From the NCBI GenBank assembly GCA_965225855.1, contig CBDDCK010000005.1, forward strand, positions 1,472,001 to 1,536,000: 64,000 nt of DNA, written 5' to 3'. This DNA is from Spirochaetia bacterium. GTDB taxonomy: Bacteria > Spirochaetota > Spirochaetia > SP-2023. Below are positions 49,679 to 62,787 of the stretch, in pieces (position 1 is the stretch's first letter; each line of letters opens with the position of its first letter). Under the pieces are notes generated by a model, which saw only the letters and a list, made by a program, of their open reading frames with translations, made no database searches and had not been told where the DNA came from. Both the position numbers and the translations under genes were made by a program.

Positions 49679-49679
49679 T

Positions 49680-50495
49680 TTATTTTCCCTCCTTTCCCCG
49701 AGAATCATAAATTTCTACATCTTGCTGCTGGGCTTCATAGTTGGCCATTTCTTCAGCAGGAGTCATAAGACTATTTTTTTCTTCGTGCATACTTTCGATA
49801 ACTTCTAGCCCAATTTCATTCTCCGCATCGAGCACAGCAGAAGAAATAGTTTGGGTAAAAAGCTGGATAGCGCGAATAGCATCATCGTTACCGGGGATAG
49901 GGTATCTTACGCCTTCGGGGTTACAATTGGTATCCAAAATAGCAATAACAGGTATCCCCAGACGATTTGCTTCGGCAATAGCAATATGTTCTTTGCGAGT
50001 GTCTACCACAAAAATTGCACCGGGCAGTTCTTTCATTTCTTTGACACCAACTAGCGTTTTTTCCAGTCGTTCTTTTTCTTTTTGTACTAAAGAAATTTCT
50101 TTTTTCGTCATCGAATCAAAAGAACCATCAACACCCATTTTTTCTAATTTTTTCAGGCGATATAAAGAGTGTTTGATGGTGGTAAAATTGGTGAGTATTC
50201 CCCCCAGCCAACGGTGGTTTACATAGTGCATATTACAGCGTTCAGCTTCGGACTTGATAACTTCTTGGGCTTGTTTTTTCGTTCCGACAAACAAAATACT
50301 TTTTTTCTTAATCACAATTTCTTTAGCGGCCATGTATGCATCTTTTAAACAAAGCACTGTTTTCTGTAAATCGACAATATGTATGCCATTGCGCTGCGTG
50401 AAGATGTATTTCTTCATGCGCGGATCCCAGCGCTTAGTCTGGTGTCCAAAATGCACCCCAGACTCTAAAAGACTTTTCATAGAGACAGTTGTCAT
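49680..50495 (-). CDS. rpsB: 30S ribosomal protein S2
   Basis: LLESGVHFGHQTKRWDP, RWLGGILTN, PGNDDAIRAI. Confidence 0.98.
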   Translation of the reverse strand: MTTVSMKSLLESGVHFGHQTKRWDPRMKKYIFTQRNGIHIVDLQKTVLCLKDAYMAAKEIVIKKKSILFVGTKKQAQEVIKSEAERCNMHYVNHRWLGGILTNFTTIKHSLYRLKKLEKMGVDGSFDSMTKKEISLVQKEKERLEKTLVGVKEMKELPGAIFVVDTRKEHIAIAEANRLGIPVIAILDTNCNPEGVRYPIPGNDDAIRAIQLFTQTISSAVLDAENEIGLEVIESMHEEKNSLMTPAEEMANYEAQQQDVEIYDSRGKEGK

Positions 50496-50874
50496 CTATT
50501 TCCTCCTGCTGAAACTTCAGAATATATTTACCAAAATTCCTTGTACTGCTTACAATGGGCCGTCCCACGAGCAGCACGCCTTTCTCTGAATCTCACAAGT
50601 TTCCTTGTGGAAAATAAAATTACATAAAATAATTTGGGGAATGCTAGCGAATTGTTCTGACTTATGCAACGGAAATATATAGAGAGTAACTAGTTTAATT
50701 TAGAAAAATTGGGTCTGGACAAAGTTAGAGGGGATTTTGACGCAGAATTTTTAACAAATCCCATGCCCCCTACAAATAAATAGCAGAAGTAAGGCATAGC
50801 TATACCCAAATGATCATCCCTAAAGCAAAGAACATAAATTTTGTAACCTAGTCTGTTAAGTTAAAGATGCAAAG

Positions 50875-51333
50875 CTAACGACTCTGTAATTCTGTAATAA
50901 TCTGGACAAATTCTTCTAGTGAATTAAATTTTTTATAGACCGCCGCAAAGCGCACATAGGCGATAATGTCAAATTCGCGCAAATAACGCAAAATCGTTTC
51001 GCCGATTTCATCGCTTGTCAATTCCTTCTTATTGTAACTTCGCTCGCTAAAATGGGCCTCCAACCTACTGAAAAAGTCTTCAATTTTATTGACGCTCAGC
51101 TGGCGTTTTTCAATAGAACGGCTAACTCCATTGCGCAATTTCTGCCAATCAAAATCCTGAATCTGGCCATTTTGCTTGCGTACACGCATCGTGATGGCAT
51201 CAATTTCCTCATGTGAAGTGAAGCGAAAATGACAATCACTACATTCGCGCCGCCGCCGTATTGAAGTAGCTTGGCCACTTTGGCGCGAATCCAGTACTCG
51301 ATTATCCAAACAAGAACAACGTGGGCATTTCAT
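50875..51333 (-). CDS. nrdR: Transcriptional repressor NrdR
   Basis: MKCPRC..VLDSR..IRRRREC..C..RFT, ATP-cone, IAYVRFAAVY. Confidence 0.95.
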   Translation of the reverse strand: MKCPRCSCLDNRVLDSRQSGQATSIRRRRECSDCHFRFTSHEEIDAITMRVRKQNGQIQDFDWQKLRNGVSRSIEKRQLSVNKIEDFFSRLEAHFSERSYNKKELTSDEIGETILRYLREFDIIAYVRFAAVYKKFNSLEEFVQIITELQSR

Positions 51334-51462
51334 AATCCCAAGATATTTGGCCTAAAGCCAAAAAACAACAAATCTTTTTATTTTTTTCTTGCCACCTCTT
51401 AGTAAATTGCTTAGATTTACAACACAAACGATAAGCCAAATATTCTCAAACATAAGGAGTAA

Positions 51463-53118
<1,656 letters not shown>

Positions 53119-53131
53119 ATTCCTACAAAAC

Positions 53132-53194
53132 AATAAAAAGGAATCCAGAAAGTACATATCTATAGCTCATACTTTCTGGGTTCCTTTTTTATTT
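53132..53194. terminator. Long stem-loop after groEL
   Basis: AAAAAGGAATCCAGAAAGTA ... TACTTTCTGGGTTCCTTTTTT. Confidence 0.75.
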
Positions 53195-53398
53195 CGATTA
53201 TTCTGTTAATAGTTTTTTTGAGTATCCGATAATCGCTATAGCCTTCATCTAGAAGCCTAGGTATATCAAGAGTATAGTTTTGCTGGCAAAGGTTGTTTTT
53301 CGCTAACGATAATAATTCTAAACAAACTCTTGGTTGGCGACATAAAAACGTTTTTATGAAATACCTATAAGTACTCAAGGAGAATACCCTTCTAAGCC

Positions 53399-53851
53399 AT
53401 GGAATTTTATACGCTAGTCTCATTAGTTTTTTTAGCGATTATAATGTGGTGGTACGTTGTAACCCGTTACAATCGAGAGCCGCTTGAACAAAATTCCATT
53501 TTAGAATTTACCAGTTATCAATTGGAAGAGTTAATCAGCAATGAAGCAATCAATTATTATTTAATTGATGTACGGACCGAGGAAGCCTATCGCCGCGGAC
53601 ATATTCCTACAGCGATCAATATCCCAGCCCGAACTTGCAATGGATTATTGCCTACAGATGACTTATTTATCCTAGTAGTTGTCTATGGTGCGAACCGCAA
53701 AGAAGCCCAAGAAGTGGCAAGGATTTTAAGCGAATTTGGTTATTTCAACGTTCACATTACAGATGCTATAGCCCGCTGGAAGGGCAATATTCAAGAAGGT
53801 GATTACCAAGATTATGTTGCAGAACACGATACAGATGTTCACTATGTTTAA
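53399..53851 (+). CDS. Rhodanese-like domain membrane-anchored protein
   Basis: LIDVRTEEAYRRGHIPTAINIP; N-terminal TM; the usual active-site Cys position reads VVYG. Confidence 0.85.
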   Translation: MEFYTLVSLVFLAIIMWWYVVTRYNREPLEQNSILEFTSYQLEELISNEAINYYLIDVRTEEAYRRGHIPTAINIPARTCNGLLPTDDLFILVVVYGANRKEAQEVARILSEFGYFNVHITDAIARWKGNIQEGDYQDYVAEHDTDVHYV

Positions 53852-53935
53852 TTTCCCAGTATTTAAGTTTATTGAGCGAAACTTAAACCTTTTGAGCTTG
53901 TCTAATAATCTTAGCATAGCTATATTCTCCGAACG

Positions 53936-54598
53936 ATGGATTTCAACTTCAGTGGCTCTTTTGTTGAAAAGCTACAGTACGGAATTTTTATTTTCAGTAA
54001 TTTTTTCGATCAAAGTGGCCTACTCAATATTCTAATTTTGCTTAGTACGATTGCAATGTTTGCGTTGGTAATTCAAGGCTTTCACTTTTTGCGCAGGCAA
54101 GAAAAAGATGAGCAACAACAAAATTTAACTTTCCAACTAATGCAAAATATAGTGCGGTTGCGCTATCGCTATCGTTCTTTGCGCAGCCCCTTAATCCAAA
54201 CTTTGGAATACCCTCCTAAATTTCAAAATAAAAATCCAGCCAGTCTACATCTCCAAGATGAAGCTCAAATATATCGCCACGTTTTTTTGAAACGCTGGCA
54301 ACAATTCAGCAGTGAATGGGATAAGATGTATGACCATATTTTACTTAGTGAAATATATTGGAAACCTTGGTGCGAAAAAGAAATCCAAGATTTGCAGCGG
54401 ATGATTAACGAATTGAAATACAATATTGAACAACTAATCGTCTTTAAAAAATACGAACTGTTGCATAGCCCTTCAGCCGACCCTATCCATTTAGAACAGC
54501 TCAACTATTTAGTTTTCCTCCAAGGCGATCAAGACCCACATTTAAAACGCTTCCAAAAGAATACAGAGAAAATCCTAAAATTTTTACAAAACTCTTAA
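53936..54598 (+). CDS. Hypothetical single-TM protein
   Basis: 220-aa ORF with one hydrophobic segment followed by a helical domain. Confidence 0.65.
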   Translation: MDFNFSGSFVEKLQYGIFIFSNFFDQSGLLNILILLSTIAMFALVIQGFHFLRRQEKDEQQQNLTFQLMQNIVRLRYRYRSLRSPLIQTLEYPPKFQNKNPASLHLQDEAQIYRHVFLKRWQQFSSEWDKMYDHILLSEIYWKPWCEKEIQDLQRMINELKYNIEQLIVFKKYELLHSPSADPIHLEQLNYLVFLQGDQDPHLKRFQKNTEKILKFLQNS

Positions 54599-54614
54599 AT
54601 TCAGCAGGAAAAAT

Positions 54615-56165
54615 ATGAAAGCTATAGAGCCACAATATAATACTTTACAACTTTATAATAGCGATGGCCAACAATTGGAAAGATTTGTGCCGCACCAATC
54701 CAACCAAGTAAAGCTATATTGTTGTGGACCAACAGTCTATGGTTATGCCCATATAGGCAATTTGCGGGCTTATACCGTACAAGACATACTGCGTCGCTGT
54801 CTATTGGCCTTGGGCTACCAACTCAATCATGTTATGAACATCACCGATGTTGGCCATTTAACAGACGACGATGACTATGGTGAAGATAAAATACTCGTCA
54901 GTGCTCGAAAAAAAGGGAAAAGTGCAAAAGATATTGCCCAATATTATACCGATGCATTTTTCCAAGATTGTGCTGCTCTCAATATTGCAAAGCCGGAAAC
55001 TATTTGCTTGGCCAGCAATCATATAGCAGATATGCAAAAATTCATTGCAGAAATAGAGGCCGCTGGTTTTACCTATTACAACAACGGTAACTTATACTTT
55101 GATACTGGTAAGTTAGATGACTATGGTCGGTTGGTATGTCTTGTAGGGCTCAAGCACATTTCAGAACAAGAATTATTCTCGCGTACAGGACCCGATAGTG
55201 CCAAAAAAAATCAGCGAGATTTTGTACTATGGTTTTCCAACGGTAAATTTTCAGACCAAGCAATGCAGTGGGATTCCCCTTGGGGGAGAGGATATCCCGG
55301 TTGGCACATTGAGTGCAGTGCTATGGCTCGGCATTTTCTGGGTACTCAAATTGACATCCACTGTGGAGGTGTCGATCACAAAACTGTGCACCATCCAAAC
55401 GAAATAGCTCAGTCAGAAAGCATCATGCAGTTAGGGCAAAAACCTTGGGTTCGATTTTGGTTTCACAACGAATTTGTTACTATGAAAAACGACAAACAGG
55501 ATACGGATAAAAAATCTAAAATTTCCAAAAGTAATGGCAACGCTTTAACGCTACAAGATTTACAAGACAACGGCTACAAAGCTTTGGATTATCGTTATTT
55601 CTTATTGGGTAGCCACTACCGCAGCCAAGTGCAATTTCATTTCCAAGCCCTTGATGGAGCGCAAAAAAGCCGAAAGCGGCTCCAGCAAAAAGCCATAGAA
55701 TTACAAGAACAATGTAACAAACAAATTTCTAAAAATTCAGTCACTCCAGAAAATTCCCTAAAAAACGCTCAAATAAATTGGGAACATTGTGTCAAAACGG
55801 TTAGGAAAATTCAAAACGGAGAAATGAGCAAACCATATATTCAAGAGTTTTTAACATCTTTACTACAAGATTTGAATACCCCGCAAGCCATAGCTTGTTT
55901 ATGGAATGCAATAAAAGATAAAAAGCTATCTCCCCAAGAAAAGCTTACTACACTAGAATTTGGCGAAGCATTTTTACAAATTGGCTTGTTTGACAACAAA
56001 GAAACAGCCGAAATTCCCCCACAATACCTAGAGCTGCTGAACCAGCGCGATATAGCCCGCCATGACAAAAATTATTTACGCGCCGATCAAATCCGTACAG
56101 AACTACAAAATATGGGCTATCAAATTGTCGATACCGCCCAAGGTTCAACCTTAAAGCAATCATAA
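54615..56165 (+). CDS. cysS: Cysteine--tRNA ligase
   Basis: YCCGPTVYGYAHIGN, MNITDVGH, GYPGWHIECSAM, HCGGVDH, KISKS. Confidence 0.96.
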   Translation: MKAIEPQYNTLQLYNSDGQQLERFVPHQSNQVKLYCCGPTVYGYAHIGNLRAYTVQDILRRCLLALGYQLNHVMNITDVGHLTDDDDYGEDKILVSARKKGKSAKDIAQYYTDAFFQDCAALNIAKPETICLASNHIADMQKFIAEIEAAGFTYYNNGNLYFDTGKLDDYGRLVCLVGLKHISEQELFSRTGPDSAKKNQRDFVLWFSNGKFSDQAMQWDSPWGRGYPGWHIECSAMARHFLGTQIDIHCGGVDHKTVHHPNEIAQSESIMQLGQKPWVRFWFHNEFVTMKNDKQDTDKKSKISKSNGNALTLQDLQDNGYKALDYRYFLLGSHYRSQVQFHFQALDGAQKSRKRLQQKAIELQEQCNKQISKNSVTPENSLKNAQINWEHCVKTVRKIQNGEMSKPYIQEFLTSLLQDLNTPQAIACLWNAIKDKKLSPQEKLTTLEFGEAFLQIGLFDNKETAEIPPQYLELLNQRDIARHDKNYLRADQIRTELQNMGYQIVDTAQGSTLKQS

Positions 56166-56187
56166 AAAGGCTATAACACCAAACAGC

Positions 56188-58311
56188 ATGAACAAAATAT
56201 TTTATAGGAGATGGCTATATCTACTAACGCTTGGCATGCTCTCGGCAATTTCTTTACTATTGTATTTCAAATATTTTATTGAATATGATGCCCTAGAAAT
56301 AAACGACTACCAGCAAGAAGATCAGGAAGAACGTATTATACTCTATATCAAAGGCCAGAATTTTGGCAAGCTGGATGAAACACAAATTTACATCAATAAC
56401 AGCGAAATCAACCAAGGGAATTTGCTCAAATGGAATGATAAAGAAATCCAAATTTTTATTCGCAAACCTTTTATTTCGGCCCAGATTCAACTAAAAAAAG
56501 GGAATAAAACAAGCCAGTATATCCCTGTCTGGAATGAACAATATTTACCAAAAGTTCAATACAACCTGCAAATACAAAACTACCCCGTGTTAGAAACCTA
56601 TCGTTTGATTTCAGAACACCCAAACGTTTTAGAAATACGAGGCAAAAATTTAGGCCTCCGCTACCAAGCTCAATGGCTTTTATTGAACCGAAAACTCAAT
56701 AATACCAGTAATGTTTATTTTGATGCTTCATTTTTACAAGACTATCGCATATTAACAATTTCTGAAATTCTCTACTGGAGCAACCAGATCATCCGTGTTC
56801 AAATTCCCCAAGAAGTTGCTGCTGGCCCCATTTTTCTAGTTCGGCAGGCCAAGAATAAAATTTTCAATAGCAATAACTTATATATACCTGCTGCACCCAA
56901 CCGTATTAGCCAGCAAGCAGATCCTACAAATAGTATGACTCTACGTTTATTGTTACTCTATCATAAAGAAATATTTCCCAAACCAGAATTATGGCAAATA
57001 CCAGAACAAATGCACAAACAGAACGCAAACATACAAACAAAAGAAGTATACAACAAACTCTACCAAAAATACCAAACATTCTTAGATGAAAATACAAAGA
57101 ATGCACCTGCCGAATTACCAAACCAAGAGAATAACAAAGATATTCTTCAACAAAACCAACTCTCAAAAAATCAAGATGGGAAAGCTCAAAATACCAAAGA
57201 GCAAGACGCAAAAAATGTATTCTCCCTACTCTTGCCTTTATTCTTGCGCCTGCATTGGCCTCGAAATGAGCTAAACCAATCTTGGCATAGCCTTACCAAT
57301 GAAAATGAATTAAACCCAATGATCCCCGCACAAAATTTTAATTTGCAACCGTTACCAAAAAATATAACGCAAAACAATGAAGCAATGCCCGTAATCAATT
57401 GGCTATTGATTCCACATTCACAAGTCAGTCCTCTAGCACAACGCAGCCTTTTTCTCGAATTATCGTATAGTTTTTGGCAACAAAACCCACCAGTAAGTAG
57501 CCGCAATAAAAATTACAATAGAAAAGAGCTCGCTTATTTGCAATATCAATTTCGGAACAATAAAGCCATCAGCACAAAATACCAAGTACCCTACTGGCAA
57601 TTTAGCAACAGGCTCAAAAACCAAGCCATAAGCCCTTACCAAAAAGCTTTAAAAATTTACAGCCAAACCGTACGCAAATGGAATATAAAATCGGACAACC
57701 TAAATCAATTATTTAAACTATCTTCCAAAACCCGATTAGCGCAATTGTCTCGATGGCCAAACCAATATCTAGCCCCAAGTCAAGAAAAAGAAGTCTCGAA
57801 AGATTCTCAACAAAACGCTCAAAAAAATTTCATTTCCAGTAATGAACCCAAAAATTTACGGCCAGAACAAATATTATTATTATTATTACACAACATGACA
57901 GAATTAAACATACCAGCAAGAATCATTGCTGGGTCAATTTCTACCCTATCGCAGAGCCCAATGAAATTATTCCCCTATTTTTGGCTAGAGATTTACCTAC
58001 CTGAGTTTGGATGGTTTCAAGCCGATCCAATAGCCGCAATTTTAGCCCGGAAAACTCTCTCCAATATTTCCCAAAATTCTGCCAACAATTTTTCTGTTCC
58101 TAAATTTTGGGGAAATTTATCATCACACATAACTAATAAAGTGAAACAGTCCAATCAAATCAAGCTAGCTTTTTTTGCGCTGCAAGAGATATGGCAAAAT
58201 TTTGATGATAATTTTTCTTTTGAACAATTGTCCAAACAGCAAACACAACAAGAATCACCACAGAGCAAATCGCTATTTAGCTGGCAGCTACAAAGAATTA
58301 ATGAGAATTAA
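56188..58311 (+). CDS. Membrane-anchored protein with IPT/TIG-like repeats and a degenerate transglutaminase-like domain
   Basis: IKGQNFG..WNDKEI and IRGKNLG..WSNQIIRVQIP repeats; NIPARIIAG...WLEIYLPEFGWFQADP. Confidence 0.7.
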   Translation: MNKIFYRRWLYLLTLGMLSAISLLLYFKYFIEYDALEINDYQQEDQEERIILYIKGQNFGKLDETQIYINNSEINQGNLLKWNDKEIQIFIRKPFISAQIQLKKGNKTSQYIPVWNEQYLPKVQYNLQIQNYPVLETYRLISEHPNVLEIRGKNLGLRYQAQWLLLNRKLNNTSNVYFDASFLQDYRILTISEILYWSNQIIRVQIPQEVAAGPIFLVRQAKNKIFNSNNLYIPAAPNRISQQADPTNSMTLRLLLLYHKEIFPKPELWQIPEQMHKQNANIQTKEVYNKLYQKYQTFLDENTKNAPAELPNQENNKDILQQNQLSKNQDGKAQNTKEQDAKNVFSLLLPLFLRLHWPRNELNQSWHSLTNENELNPMIPAQNFNLQPLPKNITQNNEAMPVINWLLIPHSQVSPLAQRSLFLELSYSFWQQNPPVSSRNKNYNRKELAYLQYQFRNNKAISTKYQVPYWQFSNRLKNQAISPYQKALKIYSQTVRKWNIKSDNLNQLFKLSSKTRLAQLSRWPNQYLAPSQEKEVSKDSQQNAQKNFISSNEPKNLRPEQILLLLLHNMTELNIPARIIAGSISTLSQSPMKLFPYFWLEIYLPEFGWFQADPIAAILARKTLSNISQNSANNFSVPKFWGNLSSHITNKVKQSNQIKLAFFALQEIWQNFDDNFSFEQLSKQQTQQESPQSKSLFSWQLQRINEN

Positions 58312-58378
58312 AATACTCAAACCCCAGAGCAAAAACCCTAGCAAAAATTCCTACAAACTTTAGTGATAAATTTACAAG

Positions 58379-59905
58379 TTATAACTCACGGCGCAATTGC
58401 TCTGGTGTAACTCTATCCCAGTTTCTGCCCTGAATTTCGGTAATATCTTCTGCATTATTGAATTGAGCTAACAATCTTTTGAGACGTGGTTTACAAAATT
58501 GGCCTTGACAAAAACCCATCGTAACCCGGGTTCTCCACTTTAAAAAATCCAAATTCTGCGCAACAGAACAAAATGCCGAAGCTTTGTTTCTCTGTAACAC
58601 CTCGGTAATTATGCGGCTTTGAACTTGTTCACATCGGCAGACCAAACATTCAGGATCGTCCAAAGGTAAATCGGTATAAGTTTTTATTTGTTTTCCAGAA
58701 ACAAATTCTTTATGCCGTTGACTGGGGATATACGGCTTGCGTTGATGATGAAACCGAGATTTTGCTGTAAACCTACTACCTTGGTCAGCCCAAATTTTGG
58801 CCAGCTTTTGAACCAATTCTTGTGCAATGGGTAGGGCCGAAGTCAGGCCAGGAGAAGCAATACCTAATAATTCACAATGTGTTTGTTGATAGCGAATTAA
58901 AAAATCTCCGGGGCTAAGCACATTGCCCTTCATCATTTTTAATCGAGGCCTCATGCCCGCATAGCTACGAATGACTTTATTCTTTGGAATACCGGGCACT
59001 AAGTTTTGGCCTTTGCGATATATATCTTGTAGATTCGGCAGGCAAGTAGACAAATCACTAGGGTCGTTCACAAATTCGGCATCGGGGCCTAGTATAAGGT
59101 TGCCATGGTAAGTTGGGCAAACCGTTATCCCTTTACCCTTAATTTTATCGGGCAGCGGGAACAACACATGCTTCACCATTTGGCCACAACTGCGGTCAAA
59201 AACCAGATATTGGCCCTTGACCGCCTGCAATTCATAATCGTAACTCTTCAGCATTTGCGAAATTTGCGGCGCCCCCCAGCCCGCAGCATTGATAAGATAA
59301 TGGCAAAAATAATGTTTAGACTTCAAATCATCATGTTGTATCGTTTCTAATGCATAACCATTTTCTGTTGGCTCTAGTATACGTAGTTCTTCGCCCAAGC
59401 ATAGCTTAACATGATTGGCAACAGCATTTTCAGCCAAAGCCAAACAAAATTCTGGCCCGATCACAACTCCGCTTTCAGCAGCATACAAGGCATAGCTTGC
59501 TTCCGAATTAAGCTTGGGTTCGTGTTCGCGAAGTTGGTTCGAGTCCCATAATTCCAACCCCTGAACACCGTTTTTTATACCGTTATTTCGCAACGCTTGT
59601 AGTTTTTCTTTATCACTTTCATGGAAAGCCACTACCAGCGCACCACACTTGCGAAAACCAAAATGTAACTGCTGATTTAAAGCTTCAATAGAAGAGACCC
59701 CATGCAGTGCGTAGCGGCTTTTTACCGAACCTACCGTATCATCAAAACCAGCATGGATAATACTTGTATTACCACGGGTGATACCCGTTGCCACATCTTT
59801 ATCCTTTTCAAGCCATAAAATGCGTAGTTCATAACGCGACAATTCTCGAGCTATAGCTGCCCCAAGCACTCCTGCCCCAACAATGCAAACATCATATTGT
59901 TCCAA
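58379..59905 (-). CDS. FAD-dependent oxidoreductase with BFD-like [2Fe-2S] tail (glycerol-3-phosphate dehydrogenase/oxidase type)
   Basis: IVGAGVLG, NTSIIHAGFD, IASPGLTSA, VCRCEQV, RTRVTMGFCQGQFC; downstream of glpK; TTG start inferred. Confidence 0.85.
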   Translation of the reverse strand: MEQYDVCIVGAGVLGAAIARELSRYELRILWLEKDKDVATGITRGNTSIIHAGFDDTVGSVKSRYALHGVSSIEALNQQLHFGFRKCGALVVAFHESDKEKLQALRNNGIKNGVQGLELWDSNQLREHEPKLNSEASYALYAAESGVVIGPEFCLALAENAVANHVKLCLGEELRILEPTENGYALETIQHDDLKSKHYFCHYLINAAGWGAPQISQMLKSYDYELQAVKGQYLVFDRSCGQMVKHVLFPLPDKIKGKGITVCPTYHGNLILGPDAEFVNDPSDLSTCLPNLQDIYRKGQNLVPGIPKNKVIRSYAGMRPRLKMMKGNVLSPGDFLIRYQQTHCELLGIASPGLTSALPIAQELVQKLAKIWADQGSRFTAKSRFHHQRKPYIPSQRHKEFVSGKQIKTYTDLPLDDPECLVCRCEQVQSRIITEVLQRNKASAFCSVAQNLDFLKWRTRVTMGFCQGQFCKPRLKRLLAQFNNAEDITEIQGRNWDRVTPEQLRREL

Positions 59906-59940
59906 TGATAATAACCTATATTCCCTCAAATATTTTTCGT

Positions 59941-61434
59941 TTAGACTTCCCAATTTTGGGAACGCAAAACCGCTTTTTGCCAACCAGAGTATAATTTTTG
60001 TCTTTCGCTTATAGCCATGGTGGGAATAAATTTTTGATCTTCTGCCCAAGTGCGGGCTATTTCGTCTTTACTACTCCAAAACTTTACCGCTAAGCCTGCC
60101 AATAAAGCAGCCCCCAAAGCAGTCGTTTCGACAATAGCCGGGCGAACAACAGTTTGGCCAATAATGTCAGCTTGGAATTGCATTAAAAAATTATTTGAGC
60201 TCGCACCGCCATCGACCCGTAATTCTGGCAATTGTATCCCTGCATCTTTAACCATACTATCGATAACATCTTTTGATTGGTAGGCAATGCTTTCCAATGC
60301 AGCACGGATAATATGTTCTCGCGATATGCCCCTTGTAAGCCCCACAATCGCACCACGGGCATACATATCCCAATACGGTGCGCCTAAACCAGAAAAAGCA
60401 GGCACAACATAAGCACCCTGGGTATCCTTTACCTTAGAGGCGAAATATTCGGTATCTTTGGCATCGTGAATAATTTTCAATTCGTCTCGCAGCCATTGAA
60501 CAACAGCACCTGCAATAAAAACACTTCCTTCTAAAGCATAATCCAATTTTCCGTCTAGCCCCCAGGCTATCGTTGTAAGCAGGCCATTTTCTGATTTTTT
60601 CATTTCAGAACCTGTCTGCATCATAATAAAGCTGCCTGTACCATAAGTGTTTTTGATCATACCGGGTTCAAAACAGGCTTGCCCAAATAGTGCTGCTTGT
60701 TGATCCCCCACAATACTGGCAATGGGGATTTTCGTATTACTCCCCCCTAAGCCGACAGTAGCATACACACAGCTACTATCTTTTACTTCCGGTAACATAT
60801 TTTTAGGGATTCCAAGAGTATCCAGTATTTTTTGATCCCAGATTTTTGTTTTTATGTTAAACAATAAAGTCCTTGCAGCATTGGAATAATCAGTTACATG
60901 AATTTGCCCTCGTGTCAAATTCCAAATGAGCCAGCTATCAACCGTGCCAAACAGCAATTCCCCTTTTTCTGCTTTAGCTCTAGCACCACTAACATTATCG
61001 AGTATCCATCGCACCTTTGTGCCAGAAAAATAGGCATCCAACAGCAAACCTGTAGAATTTTTTACATGCTCTGCAAAACCAGGTTTTTGACGAAATTGCT
61101 CGCAAATTTGTGCTGTTCTTCGGCACTGCCAAACAATAGCATTATATACGGGTTTTCCTGTATTTTTATCCCATACAATTGTGGTTTCCCTTTGATTAGT
61201 AATACCAATTGCAGCGATTTCTTTATTTGGTATTGCTGCTTGCGCCAAGATTTCGGTAATAACCGATCTTTGGGAAGACCATATTTCCATTGGGTCATGC
61301 TCTACCCAACCAGGGTGGGGGTAGTATTGGCTAAATTCCCGTTGCGCCAAAGCGATAATTTTTTGCGCACGATCAAACACAATCGCTCTGGAACTTGCTG
61401 TACCTTGATCTAAGGCAAGAACATACTTAGGCAT
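59941..61434 (-). CDS. glpK: Glycerol kinase
   Basis: [44 protein letters not shown]. Confidence 0.97.
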   Translation of the reverse strand: MPKYVLALDQGTASSRAIVFDRAQKIIALAQREFSQYYPHPGWVEHDPMEIWSSQRSVITEILAQAAIPNKEIAAIGITNQRETTIVWDKNTGKPVYNAIVWQCRRTAQICEQFRQKPGFAEHVKNSTGLLLDAYFSGTKVRWILDNVSGARAKAEKGELLFGTVDSWLIWNLTRGQIHVTDYSNAARTLLFNIKTKIWDQKILDTLGIPKNMLPEVKDSSCVYATVGLGGSNTKIPIASIVGDQQAALFGQACFEPGMIKNTYGTGSFIMMQTGSEMKKSENGLLTTIAWGLDGKLDYALEGSVFIAGAVVQWLRDELKIIHDAKDTEYFASKVKDTQGAYVVPAFSGLGAPYWDMYARGAIVGLTRGISREHIIRAALESIAYQSKDVIDSMVKDAGIQLPELRVDGGASSNNFLMQFQADIIGQTVVRPAIVETTALGAALLAGLAVKFWSSKDEIARTWAEDQKFIPTMAISERQKLYSGWQKAVLRSQNWEV

Positions 61435-61723
61435 CTAAGCCTCCTTAAAAAGGAAGATAGGAACAGATTTTTGTTGCTTTGAAGGCCTCCGATTTGATGA
61501 ACAGAAAAGCGGGCGCGGTGTGTTGCGTGATATTCGCAAAATGCCACCATGCCCTAAGCATTTAATAAACCAACAGCAAAAGAATTTGAATAGAGTAAAA
61601 CAAATTCAAAAAAAACAACAACCAAAGCAACGCCTGCGTGATATATTCAAGATTTAAGTTTTCTTATTGCAGTTTATCAACTTTCTCTTGGTTAGGCCCG
61701 TAATCTGCATGATTTGCGCCACA

Positions 61724-62060
61724 CTAAAATCCTCGGCAAGCATATTTACCGTGGTTTTTGGCATAAGTTATCGCCGCCACTAGGCTATCCATCTCTAGCT
61801 CTGTATCGGCAATTTGGCTTAGGTCGATTAGGCAATATTGCATTTGGGGGATATATTTACTTGGCACAGGGCCTGTAGCAATCAAGTCAGCTACTTGAGT
61901 GGTCACCATTGTAGAGCGCGATTTTGTAAATTAGGTCGAACTCGGTTTGTTTTCGGTGCTGATAAAGCTCTTGTCGACTGCTTGAAGGCTTTCGGGCCCT
62001 AGGTTTTAGGCTATTTGTTGCTTAACCAAGCTGCGCATAAATTGGCAGAACACTTGGGGG
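61724..62060 (-). pseudogene. Rpn / PD-(D/E)XK transposase_31-like remnant
   Basis: Fragments FMRSLVKQQIA*NLGPESLQAVDKSFIS..DLIYK and KYIPQMQYCLIDLSQIADTEL, with stops, frameshifts and an internal deletion. Confidence 0.55.
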
Positions 62061-62146
62061 TTACACAATAGAGCTTTGTAGGCTTTGTCTTAGGGGTAGT
62101 GAATGTCTGGTTGTGCTGATTCTACCATTCTCACGCCCTACAAGAG

Positions 62147-62532
62147 CTATTCTTCACGGACTAAACCAATACCCACTATCCACGGGTGATCGCTCTGCTG
62201 TATGCCCTTGGGCCACTTGCTGCGCTGCTTTGCCATTGGGGACTCATAGAACATGCTGCTCATATAGACAATGCTGGATATGTCCCAAGCACTTAGGTCT
62301 TGATTAAAGGAAGAGGCCCCCGTGAACATACTCCACATATTGGTAACGCTGGAGGTGTCTGACTGGGAAATATCGCTGTTAAAATCGCTAACATAGAATA
62401 GGTCGGCCGTATCGCCAGCTTGTTTCATTAGGGCCTTGAGCTGGGCCTTAGTCTGGGGCTTGACCTTGTAGGCAATAGCCTTACAATGTTCTAGCCGGCC
62501 TTGTTTGCTGTTTATTGCTATACATATTGCAT
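62147..62532 (-). pseudogene. BspA-like / DUF285 surface repeat protein remnant
   Basis: YKVKPQTKAQLKALM..FNSDISQSDTSSVTNMWSMF.GASSFNQDLSAWDISS. The GGAGG-ATG at 62532 is followed by a stop after 4 codons. Confidence 0.7.
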
Positions 62533-62787
62533 CTACCTCCTAGGTATAATAGCACAGCATTTGCGTTTATCGGGCAGTAGTATCAAGCTATTTACGTTAT
62601 TTTCCCTAAATAAACCAGAGAACCAATTCTAAATCGTCAATAGAAATCTTCCTAGAGCGTAAGATAAATTCTTATAGAGCAACAAGAGATTTCTTTATCG
62701 TACGTCATTGCTAGCCTAGCAAAGTAAGCTCTAGGCTTTGCTTTAGCCTTTGGGTTATTTTTCGTTAGGTGGGCTTAGTATATGATT

